A stretch of DNA of 63,995 nucleotides, the filler included, from Reticulomyxa filosa (Eukaryota; Protista; Foraminifera), in assembly GCA_000512085.1 (NCBI GenBank). It is 18 parts of 18 records of this genome, joined end to end, with 100 filler letters (N's around TTAATTAATTAA, not from the genome) between each part and the next. Parts side by side here need not be neighbours in the genome. Positions count along the whole stretch, not along the records: positions 17,703 to 25,770 come from ASPP01021807.1; positions 25,871 to 27,033 come from ASPP01033060.1; positions 27,134 to 29,722 come from ASPP01024811.1; positions 29,823 to 32,180 come from ASPP01007424.1; positions 32,281 to 35,449 come from ASPP01001381.1; 13 more parts are not named here. One strand, written 5' to 3'. This document shows positions 22,820 to 34,526 of the stretch, piece after piece. Both the position numbers and the translations under genes were made by a program. The notes under the pieces were generated by a model that was not told where the DNA came from, did no database searches, and saw nothing but the letters and a program-made list of their open reading frames with translations. Position 1 is the first letter of the stretch; every line of letters starts with the position of its first letter.

Positions 22820-23865
22820 GTGAGCTTAATATTACAAAATTGGCTCCGGAAAGTATCGATCCGAAGAGGATGGATTAGTGATTTTGAAAAAATTATTGCA
22901 AAACACGTTGAGAGTATTTCTTTTGCTCTGATGCATAATTTTTGCTTGGTTTATATCAGCGATGAAAAACTAAAAATAGATAACTTATCTGAAATTATTA
23001 AAAGTTCTGCAAGGGCATTCAGATCATGTGTCAAGTGCAAATTTTTCACCAGATGGACTCAAAATTGTATCATCATCATATGATCGTACGGTTCGGATAT
23101 GGGATGCCAAATCTGGATATAATGTTCGAACTTTATCTGAACATTTACATTGGGTTGACAATGCACAATTTTCTTTGGATGGTAAATTTATTGTGTCGTG
23201 CGCATTTGATTCGACAATTCGCGTATGGGATGCAAAAACAGGAAATGTGCTAAAAATATTACATGGTCATTCGCGTAGAATAATAGCAGCTCAATTTTCA
23301 CCGGATGCCAAAACTATTTTGTCATGTTCAAATGATAAAACAATGCGGATTTGGGATGTGATATCTGAAAAACAGATTCAAGTGTGGAAAGAACAATTGA
23401 ATGGAGTAAACTATGCACAATTTTCACCTGATGGCCAAACAATTGTATCAGCTTCTCATGATAGAACACTTATTTTATGGAATGTCAAAACGAGCAAAAT
23501 GGTAAAGGAGTTAATAGGACATACAGGTACTATAATGAAAGTTCGATTTTCTCCAGATGGTCTATCAATTGCATCTTGCTCAAAAGATAAAACAATTCGA
23601 ATATGGAATATCAAGTCAGGAAAAGAAGTAACAAAATTGAAAGGACATTTAAGTGTCGTAAGTGATTTGAAGTACTCACCGGATGGCCAAACTATTGTTT
23701 CGTGTTCATGGGATAACACAGTTCGAGTGTGGCATGCAAAAACTGGGAAACGAACTACAAATATTAGAAGGACACTCACAAGCTGTAGCTGGTGTGGATA
23801 TTTCACCAGACGGGAGCGTTATTATTTCATGTTCTAATGATAATACAATTTGTATATGGGGTTGA
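22820..23865 (+). CDS. WD40-repeat protein, divergently oriented paralogue, with a +1 frameshift at ~23745-23750 (error or young pseudogene)
   Basis: Exon VSLILQNWLRKVSIRRGWISDFEKIIAKH, then WD40 repeats in ORF 23028..23837. The last repeat continues in ORF 23683..23865, ending TICIWG*. Confidence 0.85.
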
Positions 23866-24599
23866 TAAAAATTGTACAAATACACGACATATTGATTCTT
23901 AGGGAAATTGACCAAATTTCATTTAGGTTAGTTATGTAATTAAGCATTGATAGAAAAAAAAACAAACTTGAAAACTAATTCATTTATTTTACTTATCAAT
24001 GTTAGCTAGAATTCATTCTGCTATATATATCTTGTGGATAGCACTCTTCGAATTGAAACGAACACACTGTAATATCTTGTATTTTAAAATTGTACTCATT
24101 TTTAAGTATCCTATTGTCACTTGGATAACGTAAAACTGCATGTTGGAGAAGGTTTCGACAGTTTTATTGTAATTATCTAAACATTTGTAAGTTTTCATAA
24201 AAACCACAATTTTTTAAAAAGAATGTCCAGAAAAAAACAAAATAAGACTATACTGTAGTACGTATAGCACTAATCATTATCAGAAACTAAGTGAGCTTCA
24301 GAACTCCCTTTATTCTGGTTCACACTCACTTCACTTCTCAGTCTTTTGTTCTTCTTACTTTTGCTTGTTTGTTTTAGATCATCATTTTCTCGTTATTTAA
24401 CAAATTTCGTTTTTTTGAAAGTTTGCTCAAGAGAGATAATCAACCTTTCGTATTACACTTTGTGCAGTTTTTTTCAGCAGCAGACATTCAATACCAGAAC
24501 GTATCTTTAATTTTTTAAAAATTTTCAAAAATGAAAAAAAAGCAATTTTTTCGTGGTTTTCCACAGAAACCCTAAACTGAACTCATCAGTTTTTTTTAA

Positions 24600-25770
24600 A
24601 TGGATCTAAATAATGCAAAAATGGAAGAGGTTGCGAATACAGATATTGCAAGCACTTTTGAGGCATTGGCCCCTTTGCCAATTCCGCTTTATCTTAATCA
24701 ATGTGTAACCTACAAACAAGAAATTCTTGTTTGTGGAGGCAATTCAGAAGGAGGATGTTATTCGTATCATTTACTTAAGAATCAATACAAATATATCTGC
24801 TCATATCCAAGTAATGTCGAATTACGCGGGCATTGTGTGGTTAAATGTGTGAATAACAACAATCCTGATGAAATTACTTTGCTATCTTTTGGTGGCCAAG
24901 GAAAACATAAGAAGCATACATTGATGATGAAATATGTAAGTATTTGGGATAACCTTGAAGTTGAAGACAAGCGCAATTTTAATAGATGGGTCCCTTTTAT
25001 TGATAGTCGCAACAAACAAATTTTAATTGGTAGAGATGATGATAATTATATTGGAGCGCGTGCAGTGATTAGTGGAAGTAGAAATCATTTATTATTTATT
25101 ACTTATTATCCAAACAATATTAGCGTGTATGATTTAAGCACATTTCAATTTGTGAAACATTCCACCTTACCAAACCGCATGTTTATTGGATATCACTGTT
25201 TCGTGTCAAAAACGGAAAATGTCTCATCAGCAATGAAAAGATATGCAAACAATACACAGAACGAATTGATATTATTTTGCAAAAGCACGGGATTATCAAT
25301 TGAATATGATGAAGACAAACAAAAATTGTATTTTAATAAATTACGAATTTGCACAGCACTTAGACAGTTTATATCATATGGATTCATCCGTATCAATGAT
25401 TTTATCGTGTTATTTGGTGGAAATGATAATTCTAACACTACAGCTTCCGGGGAAATATACAAATATTCACTGACAGAAAATAAATGGATAAAATTTGAAC
25501 AAAATTTACCAATACCCTTAACTGATTGTGCTGTAGCAGTAAGTGAGAACAGTGCATATCTGCACATTATCGGTGGGTTTGATGGAAAAGAGGCATTGCT
25601 ATCACACGTGAAAATAAAAATGGAAACATTGATACAACAAGAAGAGACAGAAACAGAAAAGCGTGGATTGCAGAAGAAGAAGAAAAAAAAGAAATTGAGA
25701 ACATTAAAAAAGAATTGAAAGGAATAAAAGAAGATTTCGATATTGACAAGTGGAAAGTTAAGTGAATTTT
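24600..25770 (+). CDS. Kelch-like beta-propeller protein followed by a charged coiled coil; frameshift near 25655-25690; truncated by contig end
   Basis: Kelch-type motifs ILVCGG...CYSY, LLSFGG, IVLFGG...IYKY...KW and LHIIGGFDG. The shifted frame continues EEEKKEIENIKKELKGIKEDFDIDKWK up to a GT donor. Confidence 0.85.
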
Positions 25771-25870
25771 NNNNNNNNNNNNNNNNNNNNNNNNNNNNNN
25801 NNNNNNNNNNNNNNTTAATTAATTAANNNNNNNNNNNNNNNNNNNNNNNNNNNNNNNNNNNNNNNNNNNN

Positions 25871-25968
25871 AAAAAAAAAATTAGATCTAAATGTTGATTT
25901 TTCATGGAGAAAATTAATTATCATCATATTATATGTTTTAGGCGTTCAGTTTTCTTTGCAACATACTG
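25871..25968. mobile_element. Terminus of a Tc1/mariner-like repeat at contig start
   Basis: Nearly identical to 32381-32474. Reverse complement reads TA|CAGTATGTTGCAAAGAAAACTG, related to the TIR at 16233. Confidence 0.7.
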
Positions 25969-26103
25969 TATTTATATGTTGTATATGAATTTTTTTTTGT
26001 CAAAACATTGCTATATTCTTTTAATTGAATTATTATGTTATTTGTTGCTGCAGTGGTTTCCATTTTAATATCGATCGTGGTTTTCTGTTGTATTTTTGAT
26101 ACT

Positions 26104-27031
26104 TTAGCCAGTGCTTACACTTTGCCTAAGTTCATAACCTTCATAAAGACAAGTTTTGTTTCTGTTTAAACTATTGAATACTCAAAGAGTCTTCTTTGTC
26201 TCTGTCGTTTTCCTAAAGCCCTTTGTGATCATTTACTTTTTCTGTGCTTGCAGTTTCTACAATAAACTTTGTCGTGAAAAGTCTAGCGACTAGGTTGTAC
26301 TATCGTTGTCATCATCTTCATCATTATCATTTTCATTAGAAGATAATCATGCTGACTGGGACTTGACAATGGAAGCCACTTTGGAGGCAGAAGCAGATAA
26401 AACACTTTTTGGAACATCATTATTCGCTAGCGTCGATATTGTGATAATAATCTTGGCTGACTTCGGACTTACCGGAGTACTTGCAGTCACATTCGGCGTT
26501 GAAATGTTTTTCGAAGATGCAATAGACTTAGTATTGATCGTAGTTAGTCATATCATTGTCCATTTTTGCGCAGATGGCTTATTTGTTGGTCCTCTGCCAC
26601 TGGCGTTACCATGTCTTTCTTTCTGAACTTATTGTAATCTTCGTGCTTACTGGCGTAAACAGAAATGCGCTCACGCGTTGCTAAACGAAAATGCAGACTC
26701 TGGTTGATTCGGACTCGTCGACTCCGGTCTTATTTTTGTCTCTTGGGTCGTCTTGACTCTCTTTTCAGTTGACATCTCATAGTTGCTTTCATTGCCACTG
26801 CTATATCGAAATGCCATTAATTGCGTTGTTATTAAGGTCGTTCTTCCCTTTTTTATTGCTTGGGACGATAACGACTTCGCTTTGCTTTCCGTCGTGGCTT
26901 TTTCCGACCTTTTTGCTATATTTGCGTTTGTGTCAACATTCTCGTTGCTTCGCATGTTCACACGTGGAGACAACTCTTCGTCACTTGCTTCCTCTTTTGT
27001 TGGGTGGTATGTCATTGGCTTGTGAGAGGTG
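26104..27031 (-). pseudogene. Ser/Thr/Lys-rich coding remnant with many in-frame stops and no frameshift
   Basis: The frame of ORF 26671..27015 continues with protein-like text (STPNVTASTPVSPKS, NENDNDEDDDNDSTT) across stops at 26671, 26647, 26629, 26548, 26347, 26290, 26257, 26233 and 26182. Confidence 0.55.
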
Positions 27032-27133
27032 TTNNNNNNNNNNNNNNNNNNNNNNNNNNNNNNNNNNNNNNNNNNNNTTAATTAATTAANNNNNNNNNNN
27101 NNNNNNNNNNNNNNNNNNNNNNNNNNNNNNNNN

Positions 27134-27298
27134 AAAATTAGAAAGACTTAATAAAAAACCAAAATGATATTTAAAAACTACACGATTTGTAGATATTTTT
27201 TTAAAAAAATTTTGATTAAATGTTGTTTTTTCATGGAGAAACACAATCATCTCTATAAGGTGGCATTTTAAGTGTCAACTTTCTTTTTTATCTTACTG
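27134..27298. mobile_element. Diverged Tc1/mariner-like terminus at contig start
   Basis: Shares TATTTAAAAACTAC.. GATTTGTAGATATTT.. TAAATGTTG..TTTTCATGGAGAAA with 32345-32418 and ends TACTG|TA. Confidence 0.55.
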
Positions 27299-27339
27299 TA
27301 TTGACATTGCGACAATCTCATTTCAAGACCTTTTGACTA

Positions 27340-27920
27340 TGGGTACTCAATCCAAAAAAAGTTAAAGAAGTCAGAAGAAGAAATCTAAATAATTATTCAA
27401 CATTGGATTCGAATACTAAACATTGAATTGGGATGGATTATGTATTTGACAAACTTGTTGTTAAATATGTTATTTTTTTTTTGTTTCAATAACAATAGCA
27501 TTTATTTGTTGTTATTATCACTTTAACACTACTTAACATAGTTTGCTACTATTTTATGCTTGATATGTTTTGTACGTCACCCAAATTAGACAAAGATCCA
27601 ATTCGTGTTTGGGGATAATATATATAAAGTTTTTTGCAAAGTGAAAATACATCCAACTATTTGATTTTTTGCTCATTATTATTTATTTTTCATGTCCATT
27701 GAAAAAATGTAATAATTTGGACATTTGACATCTTAAAAACGAATGGTTTTGTCCCTGATGAAGAACAAATGATAATGATATTGTGGAAATTGTCATATAC
27801 ACGAATTGTATTATCTTCTGATTCAGAATAAAGTAATTGTCTCCTATTGATGTTGAATAATCAATATTATATATGCCCATGAATGTTTTGACTAATTTAG
27901 ATAATGAGTAAATGTCAAAA
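27340..27920. pseudogene. Degenerate WD40-family fragments (both orientations)
   Basis: + strand EEEI*IIIQHWIRILNIELGWI with frameshift and PIRVWG* tail; - strand decayed GHIYNIDYS and FNGHEK repeat remnants. Confidence 0.6.
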
Positions 27921-28977
27921 TGAAGATTGTGTTGCGTGCGTTACAGAAAAAAAATGAATGTGTTTTACAAGCAGTTCAAGATGTTCATAATTGAATGTTG
28001 TCAAGTCTGCAATAAAACGGAAAGGCCTATGTTGAAACTTTTGTTGGTTATTTGATTAAATACACACAAACTCTTTGGTCGATCTTAATGTCAAAATCTT
28101 TGATTGCCTGTTTGGCAAATCATTGTATGATAATATTTTATGTATCTTACAATAAGTATACATTTTTTTCCGAATTTTTGTTCAGACAGTTCACACAAAA
28201 CAAAACAGATGAATATTAAATCTGTGTTTTGTTTAACATGTTTTGAAAAAACATTTTTTTGACTAGTTAAAACTAATACTTGTCCGTTTTGTCCATATTT
28301 CATTCAACATTCACAACACAAGCAACAAAACGATCGTATCTAAAATAATGTTCTCAAATATATTGGCAGGGTCATGTCATGCAAAAATCAATTTTTTTTT
28401 AAAGATAAAATGAATTAAATATTATGTAAAAATTAAAAGAAGTGTTATTCATGTTAAATAAATATTGTATAAATAATTAATCTTATATAAATATCCATCA
28501 ATGAAACGCAATTGACTTGGGCAACAATTAATAGTATTTTTACGCAATAAGCACAAATTTGAAATTTAATTATAACTAGATAGAATCATCACAAGAATCA
28601 CACTTTTTATAATAAAATAAATAAAATTTGCATTTGTAAAATGTATTAGTTTTGTATGTTTATATTAATAATTTATTGACACATTCAAGAAATATAGTTT
28701 TTTCATATGTTGGATTTATTAGAAAAATAGTTTTTTTTCTAACAAACATATCATGTAAAGTTCTTTTTTCGTTCAGGTTGAAACTATATTTTTTAAACTG
28801 AAGACTATAAGTGATGTCTTTGTTTTTTTCTACTGATTGTTGTAGTGCACGCGTTTCTTCAATGGCCCTTTTTTGTTTTGATATTTCAATCATCGAGACT
28901 CAAAAGCCTTGTACATAAATCTTAATATTAGTATAACTCTTGTTCGTGAAAGTGCTAAGTGTGTTCGCTTTTTAAAA

Positions 28978-29655
28978 TGTCAATTCCGACTACAGCAATT
29001 TTTATCCCTGACAATAAAAGCAAGCCAGTCAAAAAGCCAGTGAGAGGTGTAATCCGTTCGAGAACCTCTCAAGAAAGTATTAAAGATGGGAGTGACATCA
29101 GGGATATCCAAGACCTCTATGTTGTTATTCAAAGTAAATTTTCGACACATCTTTGCGATTATCACTTTGTCCTTGAGATTGAAGGCGAGGCAATACTGCC
29201 CACAGACGACGAAAAAGTTTAACAATTGTTTGCAAAGATTGGAGCACTTGGTAATTATAATAAGAGTTGAGTGAGTTTTACTCCCTCCATAATTTTATAT
29301 ACATATGTACACATACTATGGTAATGAGATCCAAGTGTGTGTACATGTGTAAATGAAAACTATTGCGAACAACAGAAAGTAGAGCCACCTAAAAAAATAG
29401 TGATCAAGAATGCAGTGACGAGCGGGGCAATCGAACACCCGCTGTTTGATGAAAAGGAGGACGATTTAAAGATGGATTGGGAAAGGTTTTACAATGACTT
29501 GCAAAAACGAATTACCGATCAGTTCAAAGTGTCGAGCTTTACATTACAAAATAGGAAGGGACGTTACATTGAAGAAGCCGACGATTTGAAAAGCGAGTGG
29601 GAAGATGTCCATCAAAACAGGGGCAGCGTTTTGGAGCTGCTTCTTTTTTATGAGG
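28978..29655 (+). CDS. 5' exons of a hypothetical protein with possible PB1-like modules; +1 frameshift in the A-run at ~29212
   Basis: MSIPTTAIFIP... continues into ORF 29086 after the shift, GT donor at ~29270. Next exon DWERFYNDLQKRITDQFKVSSFTLQNRKGRYIEEADDLKSEW has an acidic OPCA-like pattern. Confidence 0.5.
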
Positions 29656-29846
29656 TTCATGTACATTTTAAAATAAAAAAAAGCAAAGAGAGAGGAAATG
29701 AGGAGAACGAAGGGGGGGGGGGNNNNNNNNNNNNNNNNNNNNNNNNNNNNNNNNNNNNNNNNNNNNTTAATTAATTAANNNNNNNNNNNNNNNNNNNNNN
29801 NNNNNNNNNNNNNNNNNNNNNNAAAAAAAAAACATGAACATCTCAG

Positions 29847-30241
29847 GTGTGAACGACGCAGTGATCCGAGTATTCGACACCGAGAACCACGGCATTCAAG
29901 GGTTGGAATTGATTACCACGACCGACACGATACTGATGGCGAATAACTATGCATCATGGAGATGCGATGGAGCGAGTAAGCAAGTGCTGGATATTTACGA
30001 AGGCACGAAGACATCAATGTCCTGCCAAGGGTGGCTCCAAAATGACAGCGCCTTGGCACCGAGTCACGGGACCCACTACATGCGCTTCCATCCCAAAAGC
30101 GATCAATTGTGTATGAACTTTGGAGCGCCTTGTAATGTTTGTCTTCCAAACCGTCACGTCGAACGTTAAACTCCAAAAAAAAAAAAAAAAAGAAGAGACT
30201 CTATTATTTTTGTTGCAAAATAATTTTTTTGGGACTCCAAG

Positions 30242-30272
<31 letters not shown>

Positions 30273-31204
30273 GAGACAATTCAATGCTGGTCAAATATGA
30301 CGGAGAAAATTGAGAACGGAAGTCCATTTATAATAAATGCAAGTAGCGCGACGAACGGGAATTCGTACACATTGGCTCGGGGTGTTCGCAACAGCGTAGG
30401 GATGGGATGGCACCCGGCGACAGACGTGTTTTATTTCACCGACAATGGACGAGACGGCTTAGGAAATGATATCCCCGATTGCAAATTGAACAAGCTGTCC
30501 AAAGTGGGCGAACATTTCGGCTTTCCTTATTGCCATTCCGAAGGCTCCGGAGATCCTTATCTTCGCGACTTGTTGGTCACTTCGTTTTATGTCGATCCAG
30601 ACTATGGTTATGTTGTTAATAATGAATGCAGTCTTACTAATTTTACACCTGCTATTCAACCTATGGGGTATGCCATGTATACGTATTACCTTATTTATAG
30701 TGACTCTTTTTTTTTTTTTTTTTTTTTAGTTATACGTATAATAATAATAGTCCTCACACTGCGCCATTGGGAATGCTATTTTATACTGGCTCTATGTTTC
30801 CCACGGAATATACAAATGCAATATTTGTGAATCAACACGGATCTTGGAATCGCGATGTTCGCATTGGCTATCGTACAATGGTATTGAAAATGTCAGCGAA
30901 AAGTAACTTTACAGAGATTGGCGGATTTGAGGTGTTTTTGGAAGGGTGGCTACATTTGCCACAAAACACGTATTGGGGAAGACCGGTGGATGTTTTGCAA
31001 TTGCCTGATGGCTCCATCCTCATTAGCGATGACTACAACTCTGTCATTTATCGAGTCTTTTACCAAACCAATGCTACCATGTATCCTTTCATCACCACAT
31101 TGGAGTCCACTTCTGTGGCTACGATGGCTACTGGCTCTACTTTCATGCTATCTCTATTTGCATTTTGTCTTGCACTTTCTACCTTTGTTTCTGTTTTTTC
31201 ATAA
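29847..31204 (+). CDS. L-sorbosone dehydrogenase / PQQ-dependent glucose-sorbosone dehydrogenase-family beta-propeller with C-terminal hydrophobic tail; 5' truncated, 2 introns visible
   Basis: NFGAPCNVC; GVRNSVGMGWHP...YFTDNGRDGLG; HFGFPYCH; spliced PMG-PHTAPLGMLFYTGSMFP; HGSWNR; GRPVDVLQLPDGSILISDD. Confidence 0.9.
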
Positions 31205-31817
31205 TATTGGGGGAACTCTTATAAGCTTTATCTCTCAAACTGTAATTATCTTTTCCCTCCATTTTCTACAGGACTCTGTTTCTTCTCTTTGCAAAAATTA
31301 AAATATTAGGACATTCTTCTTGTTTTCAAAGAGTATCTTTTATCACAATTTTCCGATTCCAATGGAGTCTTGTTAGAGTTGGTTTCATATTTGGATAAAC
31401 TCTGTTTTTCCTCATATGCAATGCCAAAGTTTGTTTGAAGTGTAAAAATCCGTAGCGAAGCAAAAGAAAATATAAAAAAAATCTTTAATCAAAATCTTGG
31501 AAAGTGCTTGATTCAGAAGAATTCATCCAAAATACAGTAACTTGCAAGAAAAAAACTGAAGGCCTAAAATGCCATCTTATTAACATGATTGATTTTCTCA
31601 CGAAAACTTACTCTTATTTGCAAAGTTTCCATCCGAGAAAATAAACAAGAAATGGTCTTCATTGCGTTGCTAAACTAAAAAAAAATTAAACAAAAAGTCT
31701 AAAAATCTTAATTAGATTAATAGAGGTTGATGGAATGGAACCTATCTGATCAAAGTGCTAACAAAAAAAGGTTTAATAGGGATCAACTCAAAACAAAAAA
31801 ACTCATTACAAGAAATA

Positions 31818-32180
31818 ATGACAGATAATCAATCTGTAAGAAACATGAAATTAGTAACAATAGGGGACGGTGCTGTAGGCAAAACGTCTTTTTTGATAAG
31901 ATATACTTGGGGAGAGTTTCAAGATACCTACATTCCTACGCTGTTTGGCAGCTACTCTACCAATAGACTGTGGCAATGCAAGCCAATTCGGATTGAATTG
32001 AATGATACTGCAGTAAGCAAACTTTCTTCCATTTTATGCATTTTAAGAATTTTGTGACAAAAAAAGATTTTTATTATTGTACATTTAACACAAATCATAA
32101 TGATTTTTTCTATATATTTGTATGCATGTGCATCTACTACATGCTGCACGCAACAGGGAAGAGAAGGTAATGGCAGTAAC
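31818..32180 (+). CDS. Rho-family small GTPase, 5' part, atypical
   Basis: KLVTIGDGAVGKTSFLIRYT...YIPTLF...IELNDTA, then an intron, then GRE. Confidence 0.85.
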
Positions 32181-32280
32181 NNNNNNNNNNNNNNNNNNNN
32201 NNNNNNNNNNNNNNNNNNNNNNNNTTAATTAATTAANNNNNNNNNNNNNNNNNNNNNNNNNNNNNNNNNNNNNNNNNNNN

Positions 32281-32474
32281 ATTATTTGAAAGAATGTTGA
32301 TTTCATCCAACAAAAAAAAAAATTTATTAAAAAATCAATATCATATTTAAAAACTACAAGATTTGTAGATATTTAAAAAAAAAAAATTAGGTCTAAATGT
32401 TGATTTTTCATTGAGAAAATCAATTATCATCATAAGATATGTTTTAGGCGTTCAGTTTTCTTTGCAACCTACTG
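32281..32474. mobile_element. Terminus of a Tc1/mariner-like repeat at contig start, directly upstream of a truncated WD40 gene
   Basis: Reverse complement TA|CAGTAGGTTGCAAAGAAAACTGAACGCC; homologous to 25871-25968 and 27134-27298. Confidence 0.7.
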
Positions 32475-32512
32475 TATATCAAATGTTTGATTAAAATCAT
32501 CACGATAGTCTG

Positions 32513-33569
32513 AAATGGTGAATGAAGAATTGAGCATAACGGAACAACGACTTGATATACGAAAATTAAAAGTTAAAATATTTTGAATAGTTCAATTATT
32601 TTTTTTTCCACTATAATAATAAAATAAATAAATAAAAGAAAACAAAGGAAATATCAATAATAATGAAATATTGGATTCGTTTGTATTCAGTCAAGATTGG
32701 ATGGATTGATGAATTTAATGCTATTATTGCAAGATATATTCTGGTATGTTATAATTTTTGTTTTGTGATTTATTGAAAATAAAATAATTAATTAATGCAT
32801 TTTATAATAGAGAAAACACTATCGATTTTTAAAGATTCTTCAAAGACACCATTCTTATGTTCGCAATGTAAAATTATCTCCAGACAGTTCTAAGATTGTT
32901 TTATGTTCAGATGAAACAGTCAAAATATTGAGTATTGCATCCGAAAAAGAAATTGGAATACTTAAAAGACATTCAGATATTGTAAATGATGCACAATTTT
33001 CACCAGATGGAAAAACAATTTTATCTGTTTCACATGATCAAACAATTCGAATGTGGGATGTACATTCCGGACGAGAAGTGGTAATTTTAGAACAATTCAA
33101 TAATATAACATATGCACAATTTTCACCTAATGGTCAACAAATTGTGTCAATATCCAATAACGGACCAATTAAAATTTGGGATGTAACAAAACGCGAAATG
33201 ATATGCGAATTGAATGAGAACACTCGACATGAACGTAAAGCAAAATTTTCATCAAATGGTCGCTTGGTTGTATCTTGTTCAAGAACAGAAGAAATATTCC
33301 TATGGAACGTGATATCAGGTGAAAAAAGTAAAACATTGAAAGGACATTTTGATGCAGTAAATGATGTACAATTCTTTTCAGATAATCAAACTCTTGTATC
33401 ATGTTCAATGGATAATACAATCCGACTATGGGATGCAGAATTAGCAGTAGAAATACAAAAATTGCAAGGATATTCCGATAACATAATTATGATGGATGTT
33501 TCATCAAACGATAATACAATCGTATCGGTTTCTGAAAATGGAACTATTCAATTATGGAAGTCATTGTGA
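32513..33569 (+). CDS. WD40 protein with GWIDEF linker exon, probably 5' truncated
   Basis: Exons EMVNEELSITEQRLDIRKLK | KEISIIMKYWIRLYSVKIGWIDEFNAIIARYIL | EKHYRFLKILQRH... run into ORF 32928..33569 (WD40 repeats). Confidence 0.8.
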
Positions 33570-33699
33570 ATCTTTTTTGTTCTAAACTTGTTGTTACTTA
33601 ATTTAATCGGTAATATTTGTTTTTGATTAAAATACTTTTTTATGGAATTTGATTTGAATCTCGGAAGACATTCTTTTTACTTTGCAAAAAAAAACTGCG

Positions 33700-34160
33700 T
33701 CATTTCTGGTTCAATGGATTTTGGAAAAAAGATAGGACAGAATAGAGATAAGTCAATAAATTTTTTACTTATTGAAAATTATAAATGTTCACAAAGCATA
33801 ATGACAATCAGGATTTTCAGCCAGTGCTCATATAATTGTTTCATTATCGGTCGATGAAACAATTCCAATATGGAACATTGCATCTGGTCAACAAATTCAA
33901 TTTTCAAAGGGTATGCCGATCGAATCATTGTTGCAGCATTTTCTCTTAATGAACAAATAGTTGCTTCAGGTTTGGCAATATGGTCGTAGCGTTCGTTTGT
34001 GGGATATTCGATCAAATAAGAATTGTATTTGATCAAGGGAGATTAGAAAGATAATGAAATAATTTGTTTGAAATTTGTATCATTAAAAAAGAATGGAAAA
34101 TACAATGGACAAAAAGGAAATAGTGACTATTGTATTAATTTGTAAAATGGTCCAAAAGGA
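33700..34160 (+). pseudogene. Degenerate WD40 fragment
   Basis: Broken remnants ISGSMD, FKGYADRI and WDIRSNK.ELYLIKG...CLKFV with stops and shifts. Confidence 0.55.
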
Positions 34161-34526
34161 TGTTAGATTCGTGTTTTGTTTCACAAGTAATTTTTTGTTG
34201 ATTTTCTACACCTTTTGTATATTTCCAAATACTATCTTTCATTGATAAACCACTTTGAATACCTACTTTCCAAATACATTTAATTAAACTAGTCTTATCC
34301 ATTGTCAAATGGCTTACAAATTATTATGTAATGCCAGTGATACAAAACACAATATAAATTCTTGATTAATAATTAATAAGAAACAACACCAACAATTTTT
34401 AGTTCCTTTGTGTTCGAGGGGTCCTTCCAACTTAGAATTGTTTTTCTCCAAAAAAGGAACTGATACAAAAAGTTCTAGAATTTTTAGCCTTCATATCTGT
34501 TAGTATTTTTTTTTTTCTTAAAAAGA

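Noticed and set aside
24190-24257. TA|CAGTATAGTC-like transposon end on the minus strand
   Set aside because: No partner inverted repeat or second copy found in the window.
26104-26673. Stop-codon reassignment (TAR = Gln)
   Set aside because: MND1 ends in TGA while RPLP2 and RPS23 end in TAA at the expected positions, and conserved genes have no internal stops.
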